The notes: a model not told the origin generated them from the letters alone. A stretch of 63,902 nt of DNA, filler included, from Craspedostauros australis (GCA_030167865.1; 14 parts of 14 records of this genome joined end to end with filler, not necessarily neighbours in it), one strand, 5' to 3'. Positions 1-13,352 are shown, counted from the first letter of the whole stretch. Made by a program: numbers and translations.

Positions 1-174
1 TCTCATTGCTTGGTGCAATCCTCTTGCACCTCCATGCACATTGCTCTCATGTTGCTCGTTGATGTTGACTTCATCGTCAACGTCGTCGTTTCTCTCTCGT
101 TGTCTCGTCGTTGTTCCGTGTTCAGGTTTTGTTGAACCTGATGATTGATCGAATCTGNTGGAATATTCACAACA
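1..174 (-). mobile_element. Copia-type LTR fragment (family B), 5' end TGTTG at 174
   Basis: 1-165 closely matches 59383-59520. Combining the two copies gives TGTTG...CAACA termini on the minus strand. Confidence 0.65.
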
Positions 175-1849
175 TATTTCATTCCTGTAGACCTGGTAGT
201 TAAGGTCTCGATGTGACGTCACGTGTGATGGATACTGTGGTATCCGCTGGTATCGCGGTATCCTGCCATCGTAGTATCGCGGTGTCTTCGTGGTATAGCG
301 ATGGTATCCCTGTGACGTCATAGTTTTGTGTCGTGATTCCGCCACCGAATAGTCTAGATGGCGGCAAGCAAGTGTGACTGATGCATACACATCCGAGTAC
401 ACACATTCCGACAGTGATTGTTTACCTATACAATTGCCTTGATATCTTCCTTTCTGATGTCGCCGATCGATGCGATACGTTTGCGATCGCTCCTCACCAC
501 TTCCCATGCATCATCATCAGCATCATCATCAGCATCATCATCATCTCTTGCCATGGTTGCCTTCATCCATCATTTTCGGCATGTGGCATTGTGCGTGGCT
601 GGTTGTTTCACTCATGCATTGCTCTACTGGTCATGTATGCGTACGACTATGACACATTGGCTGACGCCTCCATCAATGCATGTAGTCGTACGCAAGTACA
701 ACCATGATCTCTTACACAGAACGAGGACATGTATTGCCATAGTTGTTGAGTAGTTGTTCTGTGTGACATCAACATCAACATCAACAGTTCGTTGTTTTCG
801 GTGATGTCAAGAATTGTTGGCGCACTTCAATCGTCTGCCTGTCATCCGTGGTTGATCGTGTTTGGGGCAATACGATGCCAGTAGGAATGGTTTGGACTTG
901 GTGAAAGGTCCAAATAGAATCAATGTAAATGGTTTGTGGTGTGCGGATCTGTTGATGTTGATGTCGATGTTGATGTCAATGTCGATGTAGTTGCTGTTTG
1001 TGTTGATGTCGATGCCCATGTCGATGTTAGTTGGTATTCCGTGTCTTTTGCACGTTATCAGGAGGATGGGCTGTCCTTCAACCGGTTTTGACGCCGTTTG
1101 ATGTTGAGAACAAAGCTGTATCAGATGATGATGTAACTGTAGTAGACTCGGAAGTAAGCTGTGAAGATTGTTTCTGATTGCTTGTTTTATGTGTTAAGCT
1201 TACTGTTGACAGGACGATCGAGTAAAAGGGCAGGGTTCATGCTGTCGCGCTTTAGCCGTTTGTGTTGTACAGCAACATGTCGTGATGGTTCTGCACATTC
1301 ACAGCTGTTCAGTATCCCCATCTGCAGAGCAGTACTTGGTCCATGGGTATGGATATGCTTCAAGATGCCTGCAGGATTTGCAAGATGGTTAGCTGAACAG
1401 GTGGTGTGGTTGCATGAGCTGGAGGGTGAGCAGAGCGTGGATTGTGGTTCAACTACACACCATGCGCGCAGTAGCCTTTCATTGCAGTATCGGGTTTGGA
1501 TACCGGGTACCGTGTACGCAACATGGACAATTGAGTCCCGGATGGATCCCGGATCATGTCTGTCCCAACTATGACCCACTTGAGTGACGGGACCTGCAGT
1601 CGGTCCTGGGGGGGGGGGTGGGAAGATACGGGGCTTTCGACCAAGCCACCCACCTGTTCATAAACTAGAAAAAATATAAGAATCATAGTGGACGCCGATT
1701 TTGGTTTAATGTCATATTTTAATTTTTATGGACACCTCGATTTTGCCCTCATCTAGACACGACTAGCGCACTACGGCCAGATTCGGTGTCTTGGTGCCTT
1801 GATTCGTGTCGCCAAAAGACAAATTATCGATGTCAATTGCAGGACTAAT

Positions 1850-4488
1850 TTATTGTTTTAGTCCCTCCATTGCCGCTCTGACACGTTCCAACAATTGTGT
1901 CCTTACATTTTGTTCCATCAAGTCAGGAGATTCCGTATTTTCCTTCATTGTGTGTGTCTCGCACGCAATTCGCTCCGAGGCTTCGTTTTCTTCTTGTCGC
2001 AGCACGATTTCTTCCTCTTCTGATCTTGTTTGTTGTGCAGGCACGATTCCTGCATCAGCATTGTTTGCGTTCGTTGGGAGTGGGGGAATTTTTGTGTTCG
2101 ATGTGTTTGTTGCGTTCGTTGCGTTTCGTTTGATCGTACTTTCCGGGGTACGGATGTTCGTGGGCTTCGGTTTCGTGCGCTGATACAAAGCGGACATGTA
2201 CTGCTTCACTCGCATTGGGTTCACGTGTACCTGTGCATACCAGTCAGTCTTCATTTCCGTGGTCTCCATGCACCGCTGGTATCCCTCGTACTCCGTTGGC
2301 CTGTTCTTCGGATCCGTGCGTGCCACTCTGCAAATCTCTTCCAGTACGTTCACAAGGCAGGGGCGAATGGGCTCGTTTCGTTGTACAGGTTTTGCAGCCC
2401 AGCCAGGTTCAGCCAATCGCGGGTGTTCTGTTGTTGCTGTGGTGTCCTGTAGCATCGTACTTACATCAGGGGTCTCCAAGGCTGCCATGTTGATTGCTTT
2501 GAGGTACTCAGTGCCTTGCTTTCGGTGGCACTCTTCGCGAACCTGAGAGTCTTTTTCTCCTTCCTTGGTGATGTTGCTGCGAGTGGCTCCTGTGTGGACT
2601 GGTGTTCTATCATGATAGGAACGTCAGAATTCATGATGTTGTAGTCATTCCATTCGGCTTCCTCCACACATACTGGAGCAGTGACATTTGAAGCCGCAAG
2701 CAAGTCTGCGTAGCCGTTTCCGTGCCGGACCTTGTGGGTTGATCGCACATTCATGCCTTTTGCGCGGAACCTAATGCGTGAATTCGTCTTGTGCATCACA
2801 CAGCGACCTTCCAAACCCGACGCGTCAACCAAGACAGTTGTAGTGCCTCTGATATTTCCCATTTGCAATGCATCGAAGATTTCGTGTTCGGTTTGAATTT
2901 TACCACCGTTTTGCATGTAGGATCGTAGTACGATAGTAATGTAGGCGAAGTGAGTGTCGATTTGCCCTTTGCCGGTTTTGGTTTCTGTGTAGATCCAAAC
3001 AATGAATTGGGGAAGCCCTTTGGCTGCCGCGTCCTTGTTAATCCATGATGAGACAAGCGCGATATGCTCGTGGCTGGCGAAGCAGCCCGCGTTGTCCAAC
3101 TGCAGGATAATTTCTGTCACTGATGGTAGGAGATCGCGTACCTTCTTCTGGATGATTTTGAGTAGTCCTCCAACTTGAAGCGTGTCTTGGGTGGGACAGC
3201 CATGAACAATTATGTCCACAAAGCGATAGGTGAATTCGCCATTTTTGCAAGTGACAATCATGACACCAAGCATCGACATGCCCTTCTTGCCCCAATGCTC
3301 TGTCTGCGATTATCCTTGTGCCGTCGGCAGAATCTTCTGCTTATGGTCGATGACGACATAGGCGCACTTATCGTTGTTGTTGATCTTGGCCTTGTACTTG
3401 TTCATCTGATCGAATTGAACCTTTGCTCGAACTCAGTGTGCCATGTACACAGTGATCTCGTTGTTGAAGCCCGGTACCACTTCCAGCATCGTGTGTAGTT
3501 CATCTGCGTGGTCGCTTAGATGATTGGCCTTGAGCGTCTCGATGAATGGTGCGACGCAATCATCCATGAAGCGCATCACTTGTCCACATCTGTCGCATAC
3601 TTTGCCTTGTTGATCGTGGGCAATGAGAGGAAGGGCGTTGGTATCACACTCTGTGGTTGCTGTAGGAGGATCAATGACCGCGCATGTCGTGTTGGTGCTG
3701 GCAGGCGCTGTTGTGTTTTCGGTGCTGAATGTAGACTTAGCCTGCTCCCTTTTTGAATCCTTGCGAAGGGCGAAATGAGCGCAGTGCATCGGGTCTTCTT
3801 CGCACTTGATCTGCATGTGCGACGCGGTATACTCCCACTTGAGGAATGTGATCATAAGGTCCAGATCGCGCAACAATGTCTCACAGGTTTGAATATGCTC
3901 CACGGTTAGGTCGTCGTGTCCGTCATCACCGTTGAATGAATCCTCGAGTAGGGTGTTCAAGCGCACGAGCATCTCCTTCAGCGTCTTTGTTGCCATCCAG
4001 AAGTAGTTTTCAAAAGAGGAGAGACCAGTAATAACTTTGCCTCTGCATGTGAGCAGGCCTGCCATTGCTTGGAATGCTGGCTCGCTGACTGGATTGTTCA
4101 TCATAGTCTTGTACATGTGGAACAGCTCGCCCACACTCGTTCCGCCACGTTCGAATACTGGCATGTTTTCAAATATCACCCCTCCCCACTTGATGCTGTG
4201 ACAAAGGCCTGGCTTGTATGTGGTTGTGTTGCTGATGAAGGACACCACACTGGCCAAGCTGTATGCGCTGACGCGATAGTCGTGAACAGCAGCACCAAGC
4301 ACGTTGCCCTCGCACAAGAGCTCGTAGTAGTTGCGCAGAGTGAGGAGCTGGCCCTGCGTGATGGTGTATTGCTCTGGCAAGAGGCCAAGACGCTGAACGT
4401 CAGGAAGTTCGCTCTTGTGTCGCCAGAGGAGGTTAGTACATTGGCGTGACGAGGCAGACATGGCAAGAATGCACCTTGCTATCAACAT
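1850..4488 (-). pseudogene. Sola3-like DDD transposase, disrupted
   Basis: Three ORF pieces (3433-4488, 2461-3279, 1850-2488) carry VIDHKQKILP..GKKGMSMLG, LDNAGCFAS, ETKTGKGQIDTHF and C-terminal GWAAK. These match the Sola3 pattern DWAMK / DNAGCYH / GKG-D / GWALK. In-frame stops and frameshifts separate the pieces; the 5' end is lost near 4489. Confidence 0.7.
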
Positions 4489-4970
4489 CTAGATGGAAAT
4501 TAGGTACCCATCTCCCATGACTGAAACGTGATTCACTATTCTTTTGATTCGACTCGATTTGAGAGTATAGTCGAGTGAGTCTTGATACACGATTGATATT
4601 CGGTCACTACGGTCATCGAACATGACGTAGGCACTGACATCATCGTGTGACGTCAGAGGATCGGTCATTGTGATCCTCGGAATCGAGATTATGTTTTAGT
4701 CATGGTACGCTGACCTGTCTAGCCATGCCAAGTGCATCATCGAGCACGTGGCAACAATACTTAGGATCCAGAACAACATCGTCAGGGGTGATGCATGCAC
4801 CCCACCGACGTAGACGGATCAATCCATATGTGATCAAACAGAGATCAAGACCAGACAAGATCAGACAGAGATGAAGAAAGACCAATGGTGGAGATAACAC
4901 GAGATATCGTGTAGATCAACATGCCATCTTGGGCAATGTTTTAGAAAAGACTGCGAGAGAAACCACGAGG

Positions 4971-5070
4971 NNNNNNNNNNNNNNNNNNNNNNNNNNNNNN
5001 NNNNNNNNNNNNNNTTAATTAATTAANNNNNNNNNNNNNNNNNNNNNNNNNNNNNNNNNNNNNNNNNNNN
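4971..5070. other. Artificial contig-joining linker (first of 13)
   Basis: N44-TTAATTAATTAA-N44, with stops in all six frames. Same linker at 9106-9205, 11111-11210, 13169-13268, 18229-18328, 22196-22295, 24073-24172, 26464-26563, 40418-40517, 48301-48400, 51105-51204, 59601-59700 and 62112-62211. Adjacency across linkers has no biological meaning. Confidence 0.98.
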
Positions 5071-5152
5071 ACTATGCCCCACAATGTCCAATCCGATTCT
5101 GGTTCTGTTGTTCCAGTCATAGCGTCTTGCTTGATTGTTCTGTAAGCATGCC

Positions 5153-5251
5153 TGTTGGCAAGTTCCACTCATGGACACTCTTGCGATTGCGTTCGACGGT
5201 GTTGGTAGTGGTGGTGGTTTTGATTCTGTTTTGGAGTCTCCCAATGCTCTC
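5153..5251 (-). mobile_element. 3' (U5) end of a related Copia LTR, interrupted by the next LTR
   Basis: Minus strand ends ...GGAACTTGCCAACA at 5153, the same terminus as the LTR ending at 6077. Confidence 0.55.
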
Positions 5252-6077
5252 TATCGAGATGTACATACGTGTATGTGTCAAGATGTACGTGTAAATGTGC
5301 ATCGTTCACCTGCTATTCTCTCATACGCACTTGGACGGTACAACTACATTCGTGTCAATAATATGCTATGATTTTGCCAAATCACAGCACAAATGGAACA
5401 CACGAAAATGAGCAGAATTTCGAGAGGAAATTTGCAATCAACGATTTCTGAGAGTATTAAGAACATTGTCCATCTATCCATCTATCCATCCATCCATCCA
5501 TCAATAGAAATGTATGGTACCAAGCAAATCTTGAGGTACCTCCCAACTAAACCTGAGATGACGATATCATCTGACAGACTGCTACATCACCAATGGAATG
5601 CGACATCTGGAGAGCAGAAGGACGCCTACTGATGTTGACAGGATGGCATTGTGTCACCATGTCGACATCTGTCTCCATGTCAGAGAAGAGGCAAAGATCC
5701 GATGACCGAAGGGCATCAAGATTGTGGATACACAAGGAGGAGTTCAAGTGGCAAGCACTCATGGAGTGACACGCCAGTAGTGAATGAACGAAGTGTCGAA
5801 TGCGGAGTACACTTTGAACACAGAGTATCGTGTAGCATGAACACACAATATTGAGAGAGAGAGAATACGAATAGCAGCAAGAGAGCATCTCGTGTACCAA
5901 CTCGTAGTCGGAGACCCAATCTACGAAACAGACAGATGTGCCAAGAGCATCGGGCAAGAGAACGAGCGTACACCGAGAGGATTGGAGTGCTCAAGTAATG
6001 AAACAGCAAACAGAATGACTATCAACCAACACTGTCTTCCACGATTGTAGGCTTCCGAGGTCCGGAACTTGCCAACA
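5252..6077 (+). mobile_element. 5' LTR of Copia family A (~826 bp)
   Basis: Starts TATCGAGATG (TGTCGAGATG in other copies) and ends CTTGCCAACA. Homologous along its length to 17475-18228, and gag begins at 6159. Confidence 0.85.
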
Positions 6078-6158
6078 TGTTTATAAACGATAGATCAGGG
6101 CAAGCCCGCGGATCGGATTGTGCGAGGAAGACGACATCATTCAAGAGCAGCAGGCTGA

Positions 6159-8906
6159 ATGAGCGAGGAAGAGGAATTGAAAGACATCTCTCTGTCCAAT
6201 CCGGCTATCAAGCAAGAAGAAGGTGCGAGTGAGACTCCACCACGACAAGAGAAGGAAGTAGCTGAGGCTACTGTCCTATCAGGCACAGAGGCAAGCACAA
6301 TCAACGAGACCGAAGAGGAACAGTCTGCAAGACTACACCGCGAGGAGAAGAGCATTCTCAAGGCGATCAAGCAAGAGGAGACTGGTGTGACAAAGAGCAT
6401 TCGCACAGCCAAACAGGGTGTGAAAAGTGAGACACCATCTGGAGGAGAATTTGTGACGAAAAATGTCTCCGCGCAAACACGAGCGGAAATCGAAGAAGTG
6501 ACAACACAGAAACAAACGGAAATCAAGGGCGCGAGCGCACCAACGACGAAACGACAAGACAAGATGGCGACATCAGCCAACATGAACAAGCGGCGTATCA
6601 AAGCGCCGATGTTCAGCGGTGAACAAGAGGATTATAGCGCATGGGAGTCCCAAGCAAAGGCATACGCTCGTACACAGAAGACGAGAGACGTGATGTTGGG
6701 CAAGACGAAGATCCCAACAGTGAGTGAGATCGCGGCAGCCAGCGGAGAAGACAAGGATGCATTAGAGGAAACCTACAAACTGGCAGGTGACTGCTTCAGC
6801 AATTTGATCCTCATGATGGATGCAGAGAAGGGAAAGGGCAAGCAGGCCATCCAATACATCAATCAGTGCATCTCCGACGATTACCCTGAGGGGAATCCAC
6901 ATGCAGCGTGGAAGGTTCTCGCGGAGAAGTTTCGACCATCCGATGCGGCGATGAAGATCAAACTCAAGCGTCAATTCAACAACGAAAGGATGAAGAAAGA
7001 CTCAGACCCTGACGTATACATCACGCGACTCGAGATACTACGCTCACGTCTCCACGATGTCGGATACACAATCACCAATGAGGAAATGATCATGCAAATC
7101 CTCAGTACGGTGAGCGTGGAATACAGAACACACGTCATGAGTTTCAACCACCAACTCACGTTCAATCCAACAGTGGTCACCATCAACACGATCAGAGGAG
7201 TACTCCGTGAAGCACACGCCATGCATCAAGGCGGAAAGGCATACGTCGACGATTTCCAAGACAGCAACACGAAGAGCAACGACACCGGCTTCACGAGCAC
7301 CGGTAACTTCAAGGGGACCTGCCACAACTGTGGTGTGTATGGTCACAGATCCACCGATTGCCCAGAACGCAAGAAATCGAACAACAAGAAAAACAACAAC
7401 AACAACAACAACAAGATGAACGGAAAGCGTAACAACAACCGCAACAAGGGAAGCGGCTTCAACGGCAAGTGCAACTACTGTGGCATCTTCGAACACTGCG
7501 AGGCGGAGTGCCGAAAGAAGAAGTTCAACAAGAACAAGAAGGCCAACGAACAAGCCAACACGGCAACGGAAGGACACGACAAGAGCGGGCACGAGATGGT
7601 ACTCTCAGCAAAGGACATGCCNCTCTGCATGTTGGTGTCNGANGACTACATCGAAGACTCCTTCTTCGATAACTTCGAGCATGTCGGGAGTGACAACGAA
7701 GTGCAGGACGATGAGATCGTCCCCGAGTGGCTCAGCGAAGAGCCCATCATCCACGAGGTGGATCCAAGACGCGAAGTGAGCTACGAGTGCTGCTTCAACG
7801 CAAACGACCTGATCAGTCCATACAGCGACGGAGCTGAGATGGGCAATGAGGCCATCGATAGCGACATCGAGGAGGCCATGAGCGATGACGACGACGACGA
7901 TGACGCTGGTGAGGACGGTGCAGATGAAGACAACGAAACAAACCGCGGCGCGGCACCGCCTCCTCCAGCGGCGGGGAACAACAGATCGGGCATCTTCGAC
8001 GAGGATGACAGCGACGAATCCGAGGACGGCAATCATCCAGACGACAGCTTTAATCCAAACGAGCGCGTCGTCTATCCAAGAGACATCGACTTCCCACCGA
8101 TTGGGAATCCCAACGACTCCAATTATCTTCATCGCCATGACACCATTCCCTACGCAACAGCAACAGCATTGATAATTCAGAAGCAACTCATCTTCGATGC
8201 CGTAATGGAAGCAGGAGTGAAGATGTTCCCAGGAGTCGCACAAGGAGTGCTCAGACCAATATGGGTGAACATGATGAGATCCATCCTGTCTGAGAACTTC
8301 AGATCCATCGAAGAGATTCTCGCCAACTCAGTCATCATCAACCGATTGTTGGAAGCAGAAGACACTGAGACGATCCCAGAGACGGATCTGCACTATATCC
8401 TTGGAGGATGCATGCGCGTACTCTTACGCGAACGACCACGAGTCAACCCCTACGATCCAGCCACAGGATCACATCGGAATAGCACGATTCCATCGGACTA
8501 CGCGCAGCTATCAGATGAGACAGACGACGAGCATCACGAGAATCCATACAACGAAGATGGAGTTCACAAAGACGACGACGACGGCAGCTTTGACGACGAA
8601 ATAGCTGCAGCAGCCATGGAGCAGCCCCACGAGCTGAGTACCAAACACAAAGACAAGGTGAACAAAGACACCTGGCTTGCCGACAGCGGAGCCTCGTGTC
8701 ACATCGTCAATTCGGACTCCGCTCTCTTCAACGTGCGGCACATCAAGTCATTCGTCCAAGTGGGAGACAGCACGAAGCTGGACTCTCCCAAAATGGGATC
8801 CATTCGCTTGAAGGTCAAGCAACGAGACGACACTGGTCACATCATCCGGCTCGATGACGTGAAGTACACACCGAAAATGGCGGTGAACCTTTTCTCTACG
8901 AACAAG
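6159..8906 (+). CDS. Copia family A gag-protease polyprotein, truncated at 8906
   Basis: Copia-type gag, two zinc knuckles (CHNCGVYGHRSTDC, CNYCGIFEHCEAEC) and protease motif WLADSGASCH. Homology to the copy at 13353-17474 stops after FSTNK. Confidence 0.92.
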
Positions 8907-9205
8907 TGCCTTATGCCAGCAGACGATTGAGGGATAATTGTAGATTATGATTACCTTCCTTCCTTCTTGCCTCCACCTGCTCTACTTCGCGTTACTCCAC
9001 AAGTAGCGCACTCTGCCATGACGCCTCTGCTTACTCCGTGCCTGTTCCAAGAACCACGCCTGAATTCCAAACCTGCGCCACCTGGTCGCTCATTTACTTG
9101 CTTCCNNNNNNNNNNNNNNNNNNNNNNNNNNNNNNNNNNNNNNNNNNNNTTAATTAATTAANNNNNNNNNNNNNNNNNNNNNNNNNNNNNNNNNNNNNNN
9201 NNNNN

Positions 9206-11110
9206 CACAAGTCGTCAACTTCGAACATCAACTCACATTCAACCCAACTGTCGTCACAATCAACACAATCAGAGCACTACTTCGCACAGTATACACAACC
9301 AACCAAGGAGGGAAGGCCTACGTCGACGAATTTCAAGACAGCAGCATGAAGACTAACAATGCTGGCTTTGCAAGCACCAGCAACTTCAAGGGAATCTGCC
9401 ACAACTGTGGTGTGTATGGTCATCAATCTGCAAATTGTCCCGAACGGAAGAAGGCAAACAACAAGAAAAACGCCAACAACAACAGAAAGAACGGAAACCG
9501 AAACAATAAAGGCAAGGGAAGCAGATTCAACGGAAAGTGCCACTACTGCGGCATCATTGGACATCGCGAGGTAGAGTGCCGAAAGAAGAAGTTCAACAAA
9601 AAGAAGAAGGCCGACGAGCAGGCCAACATAGCGAAGGAAAGACATGAGAAGAGCAGCCATGAGATGATGCTCTCTATACTGGACATGATGCTCTGCTTGG
9701 AGGTATCTGACGACATCAAGGATTCATTCTTCGATCACTTCCAACACTTCGAAAACGATGACGAAGTACACGACGACGAGGTCGTGTCAGCGTGGCTCAG
9801 CAACGAGCCAATCATCCATGAAGTCGACCAACGTCGCAAAGCCAGCTACAAGTACTGCTTCAATGTGAACAACATCATTGATCTGTCCGGCGACGCAGCT
9901 GAGATGGGAGCAGAGACCATCGCCATTGAGTTGGAAGCGGCCACGAACGCAGACGATGCCGACACCAACAAGAACAGCGCGGATCAAGACAACGAAGACA
10001 TCTCTGGCGACGAGACAAACGGCGGTGAGGCGCCGCCTCCTCCAGTGGCGAGGAACAACAGAATGGGTATCATCTACGAAGACAGCAGCGATGAATCAGA
10101 ACAAGAAGTAGACAGATTCAATTCAAACAAGAGAGTCATCTTTCCAACAGACATCTCGTTCCCACCAGTCCAGAACGCCGAGGCTTCGACACCATACACA
10201 GGCATGATACGATCCCATATCCTACATTGACAGCAGAGACAATGCAACAACAGCTCATCCACGACGCCGTGATGGTAGCAGGCATGCGTCTCTTCCCAGC
10301 GATGATCAACGGGGGACTGTAACACATATGGGTGCGCGTGATTGGCACCATACTGTCCAACAATTTCCGATCAATCGAAGAGATTCTCGCCAACACAGTG
10401 ATCCTCAACCGGCTGTTGGAGGAAAGACGAGCTCATTCCAGAGACGGAATTGCACTACGTCCTTGGAGGATGTATGCAGGTACTCCTGNNNNNNNNNNNN
10501 NNNNNNNNNNNNNNNNNNNNNNNNNNNNNNNNNNNCCGAGAAGACATGACTCCAGCAGTCGGAGAACCGTACTACGACGGCATGGACTACCACAGGATGG
10601 ACGACGGGAACGAAGAAGATCACGACGACGACATGGCAGCGGCTGCCATGGAACAGCTTCACAAGCTGAGCACCAAGTACAAGGACAAGGTCAACAAGGA
10701 CACCTGGCTTGCTGACAGCGGAGCCTCGTGTAACATCATGAACTCAGACGCCAGCCTCTTCAACGTGCGGCACATCAAGTCCTTCATCCAAGTGGGAGAC
10801 AGCACGAAGCTGGACTCTCCCAAGATCGGATCCATCCGCTTGAAGGTCAAGCAGCGCGACAACACTGGCCACATTTTCNNNNNNNNNNNNNNNNNNNNNN
10901 NNNNNNNNNNNNNNNNNNNNNNNNNNNNNNNNAACAAGGCACTATACAACAGTTACCAGATTGGAAACAATGGCATTCTGATGGACATCGTCAACAGAGC
11001 TGGGAAGAAGATCATCTTCGATTGCATCTTGCCAACATCCAACGGATTCATCACAGGAGTGCAGATGCATCCCATCATGCCAACTGAGGATGACAAGGCT
11101 TCCACAGCCA
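9206..11110 (+). pseudogene. Degenerate Copia family A gag-protease fragment
   Basis: Zinc knuckles and WLADSGASC motif; frameshifts and stops relative to 6159-8906. Confidence 0.9.
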
Positions 11111-11210
11111 NNNNNNNNNNNNNNNNNNNNNNNNNNNNNNNNNNNNNNNNNNNNTTAATTAATTAANNNNNNNNNNNNNNNNNNNNNNNNNNNNNNNNNN
11201 NNNNNNNNNN

Positions 11211-12824
11211 GTAGACGATCCCTTCGAAGAGATTGTCTTCGTCGGTGTAGTCGTCTTCATCGCTTGATGGGAATTGCTCGCGGTTGATGGTCTCAACTGC
11301 AGCAACTGGGGGCCTGTAGTATCCGTACACACTTGGGGTGTGGGCCTCTCACTCCTCTTCAGAGTACTCGTCCTCTTCTTCGAGGTCGAGTCCGGTCATG
11401 TCTTCGTCGGTGGTTGCAAGGGCCATGTCGTTGATGAACGACTCGTAGTGCGCCATGTTGGTGGTGTTGATTGTTTGGTTTTTCTTGATGTTCGTGATTT
11501 CGTCGATTGTCACGATTCTTGGNNNNNNNNNNNNNNNNNNNNNNNNNNNNNNNNNNNNNNNNNNNNNGGTGGGGAAACACACCAATTCTTCGTTGTTGAC
11601 CGACTTGTCTTCGTCGGGTAACCACATTGATTCATCGGTCATCACGAGACCGATTTCGTCTTCTTCGTCGTCAGCGGGCATCCACATGGGTTCATCTACC
11701 ACGACGAACGCGGCGTTGTCTGCCGCGGCGTCTTCGGGTAGCCACATCGGTTCTTCGACCATCACGAGGGCGACGTCGTCTGTTCCGTCCATTCCGTCGG
11801 TGGCCACGTTGGCGGCGTCGGCTGCTCTCATCGCTGCCTTCAACTTGAAGCACTCGAGGATCTTGTGTCCCTTCTTACCGCAGTACTTGCAGTTTCCGTT
11901 GAACTTAGTCTTGTCCTCAGTATCACTTCTCTTGTTCTTCTTCGTGGGCTTGCCACCTTTGTTCTTAGGCGCAGAGCGGCAGTCNGCCTTCTTGTGCCCG
12001 TAGGCNCCACAGTTGCGGCAGTGGCCCTTGAAGCCACCAGTGGCNGCGAGTGCCATTTCTTCCTTGCTATTGTTCTCGCGCTTACTACCTCCTTGCTTGA
12101 TGTGACGTGCGTCGTAGGTTGCACTCACTGCTTCACGGATGTCTTCGATAGTCATCTGCTTTTCGATGTTCTTGAACTTGAGCTCGATGAGCTTCACATC
12201 CATTTCGTAGTCCCTTCCAAGAGCGTTGAGCACGGGCATGTGGTACTGCTCCATGTCCATGTTAACTCCCGCGTGCTTGAGGCGGTTGCGGATCACCTCC
12301 ATTTCGGTGAGGAAGGTATCTGGGTGTTCGCCTTTCTTCAATCGCATCCCGTTGAGTTGAGCCAACAACTTTGCCTTCATTGGCGCAGTGCGTTGCTTGT
12401 AGATGCGCTCGAGAGCCTTCCACGCCTTACGAGGGTCTCCTCCCTCGTAGGTGCTGCTCTCGCATCCCAACACAGCCATGAAGGCGACATCGCCTTCGGT
12501 GGTTTCATGGTTGATTGCCATGGTCAGTTCTTCAAACGCGTACTTGGCTAGAGCCTTCTTGTACTCCGCCTTCTCCTCGAGAGACATGGCAGATAACTTC
12601 GAGGCCTTAAGCTTCTTCTCTTCGCCTCCCACGATGGAGGCGAGAGGAGAGGGGTCGAAAGCCTCGGTCTTCACAATCACTGCACCCAAGTCCTTGAGAT
12701 ACAAGTCTCCGTAACCCTTGCGGTTGGCGCGGGCGAGGAACTTCGCACTCCAAGCTTTCCAGGAGGATCGCTTGCCGTCGAACATGATCATGTAACGATC
12801 GGTCTTACCGAGGAAAGACGTCAT
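11211..12824 (-). CDS. Copia family C gag, 3' incomplete
   Basis: FDGKRSSWKAWSAKF gag start, two CCHC knuckles (CRNCxAYGHKKxDC, CKYCGKKGHKILEC), three tandem (E/D)E(P/S)MW(L/M)P repeats. Confidence 0.88.
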
Positions 12825-12903
12825 GGTGATGATGGTGAGAGTTGTTTGTTGCTGCGTTGGTGATGATGGAAACGTAGGATTTCAATCGTAACGTTTCGAA
12901 ACG

Positions 12904-13168
12904 TGTTGGAAATCCGGGGTTAGTGTTAGTAAGAACTAATTGGTTGTTAGATCGTACTATTCAGAACTGTGAGCTCATTCTCTTCAGCTCCTTTGCCTTT
13001 CGTTTCTCATATAGCATCTCCTGCAGCAGCACCATGTCATACTGTTGCATTCATGCATCTTATCATCATGAATCATCGCTTGCGTACATGAGATCGCATC
13101 CGCAGGCATCCTTTGTCATGCACATCGTCGTGCATATCCGTAGGCATTCTTTCCATGCACCTCGTCGT
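12904..13168 (-). mobile_element. 3' part of the 5' LTR of Copia family C
   Basis: Minus strand ends ...GATTTCCAACA at 12904, 80 bp upstream of the gag ATG. Confidence 0.75.
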
Positions 13169-13268
13169 NNNNNNNNNNNNNNNNNNNNNNNNNNNNNNNN
13201 NNNNNNNNNNNNTTAATTAATTAANNNNNNNNNNNNNNNNNNNNNNNNNNNNNNNNNNNNNNNNNNNN

Positions 13269-13352
13269 TCCAAGTGCGTATGAGAGAATAGCAGGTGAAC
13301 GATGCACATATACACGTACATCTTGACATATACTCACATGTACATCTCGACA
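13269..13352 (-). mobile_element. 5' end of a family A LTR joined into pol downstream of integrase
   Basis: Minus strand TGTCGAGATGTACATGTGAG... begins at 13352 and matches the copies at 17475 and 59521. Confidence 0.88.

Noticed and set aside
5015..5026. Recurrent TTAATTAATTAA as a biological motif or piggyBac target
   Set aside because: Always centred in an identical 100-bp N block, so it is an assembly spacer. ORFs ending in XXXLIN are artefacts of it.
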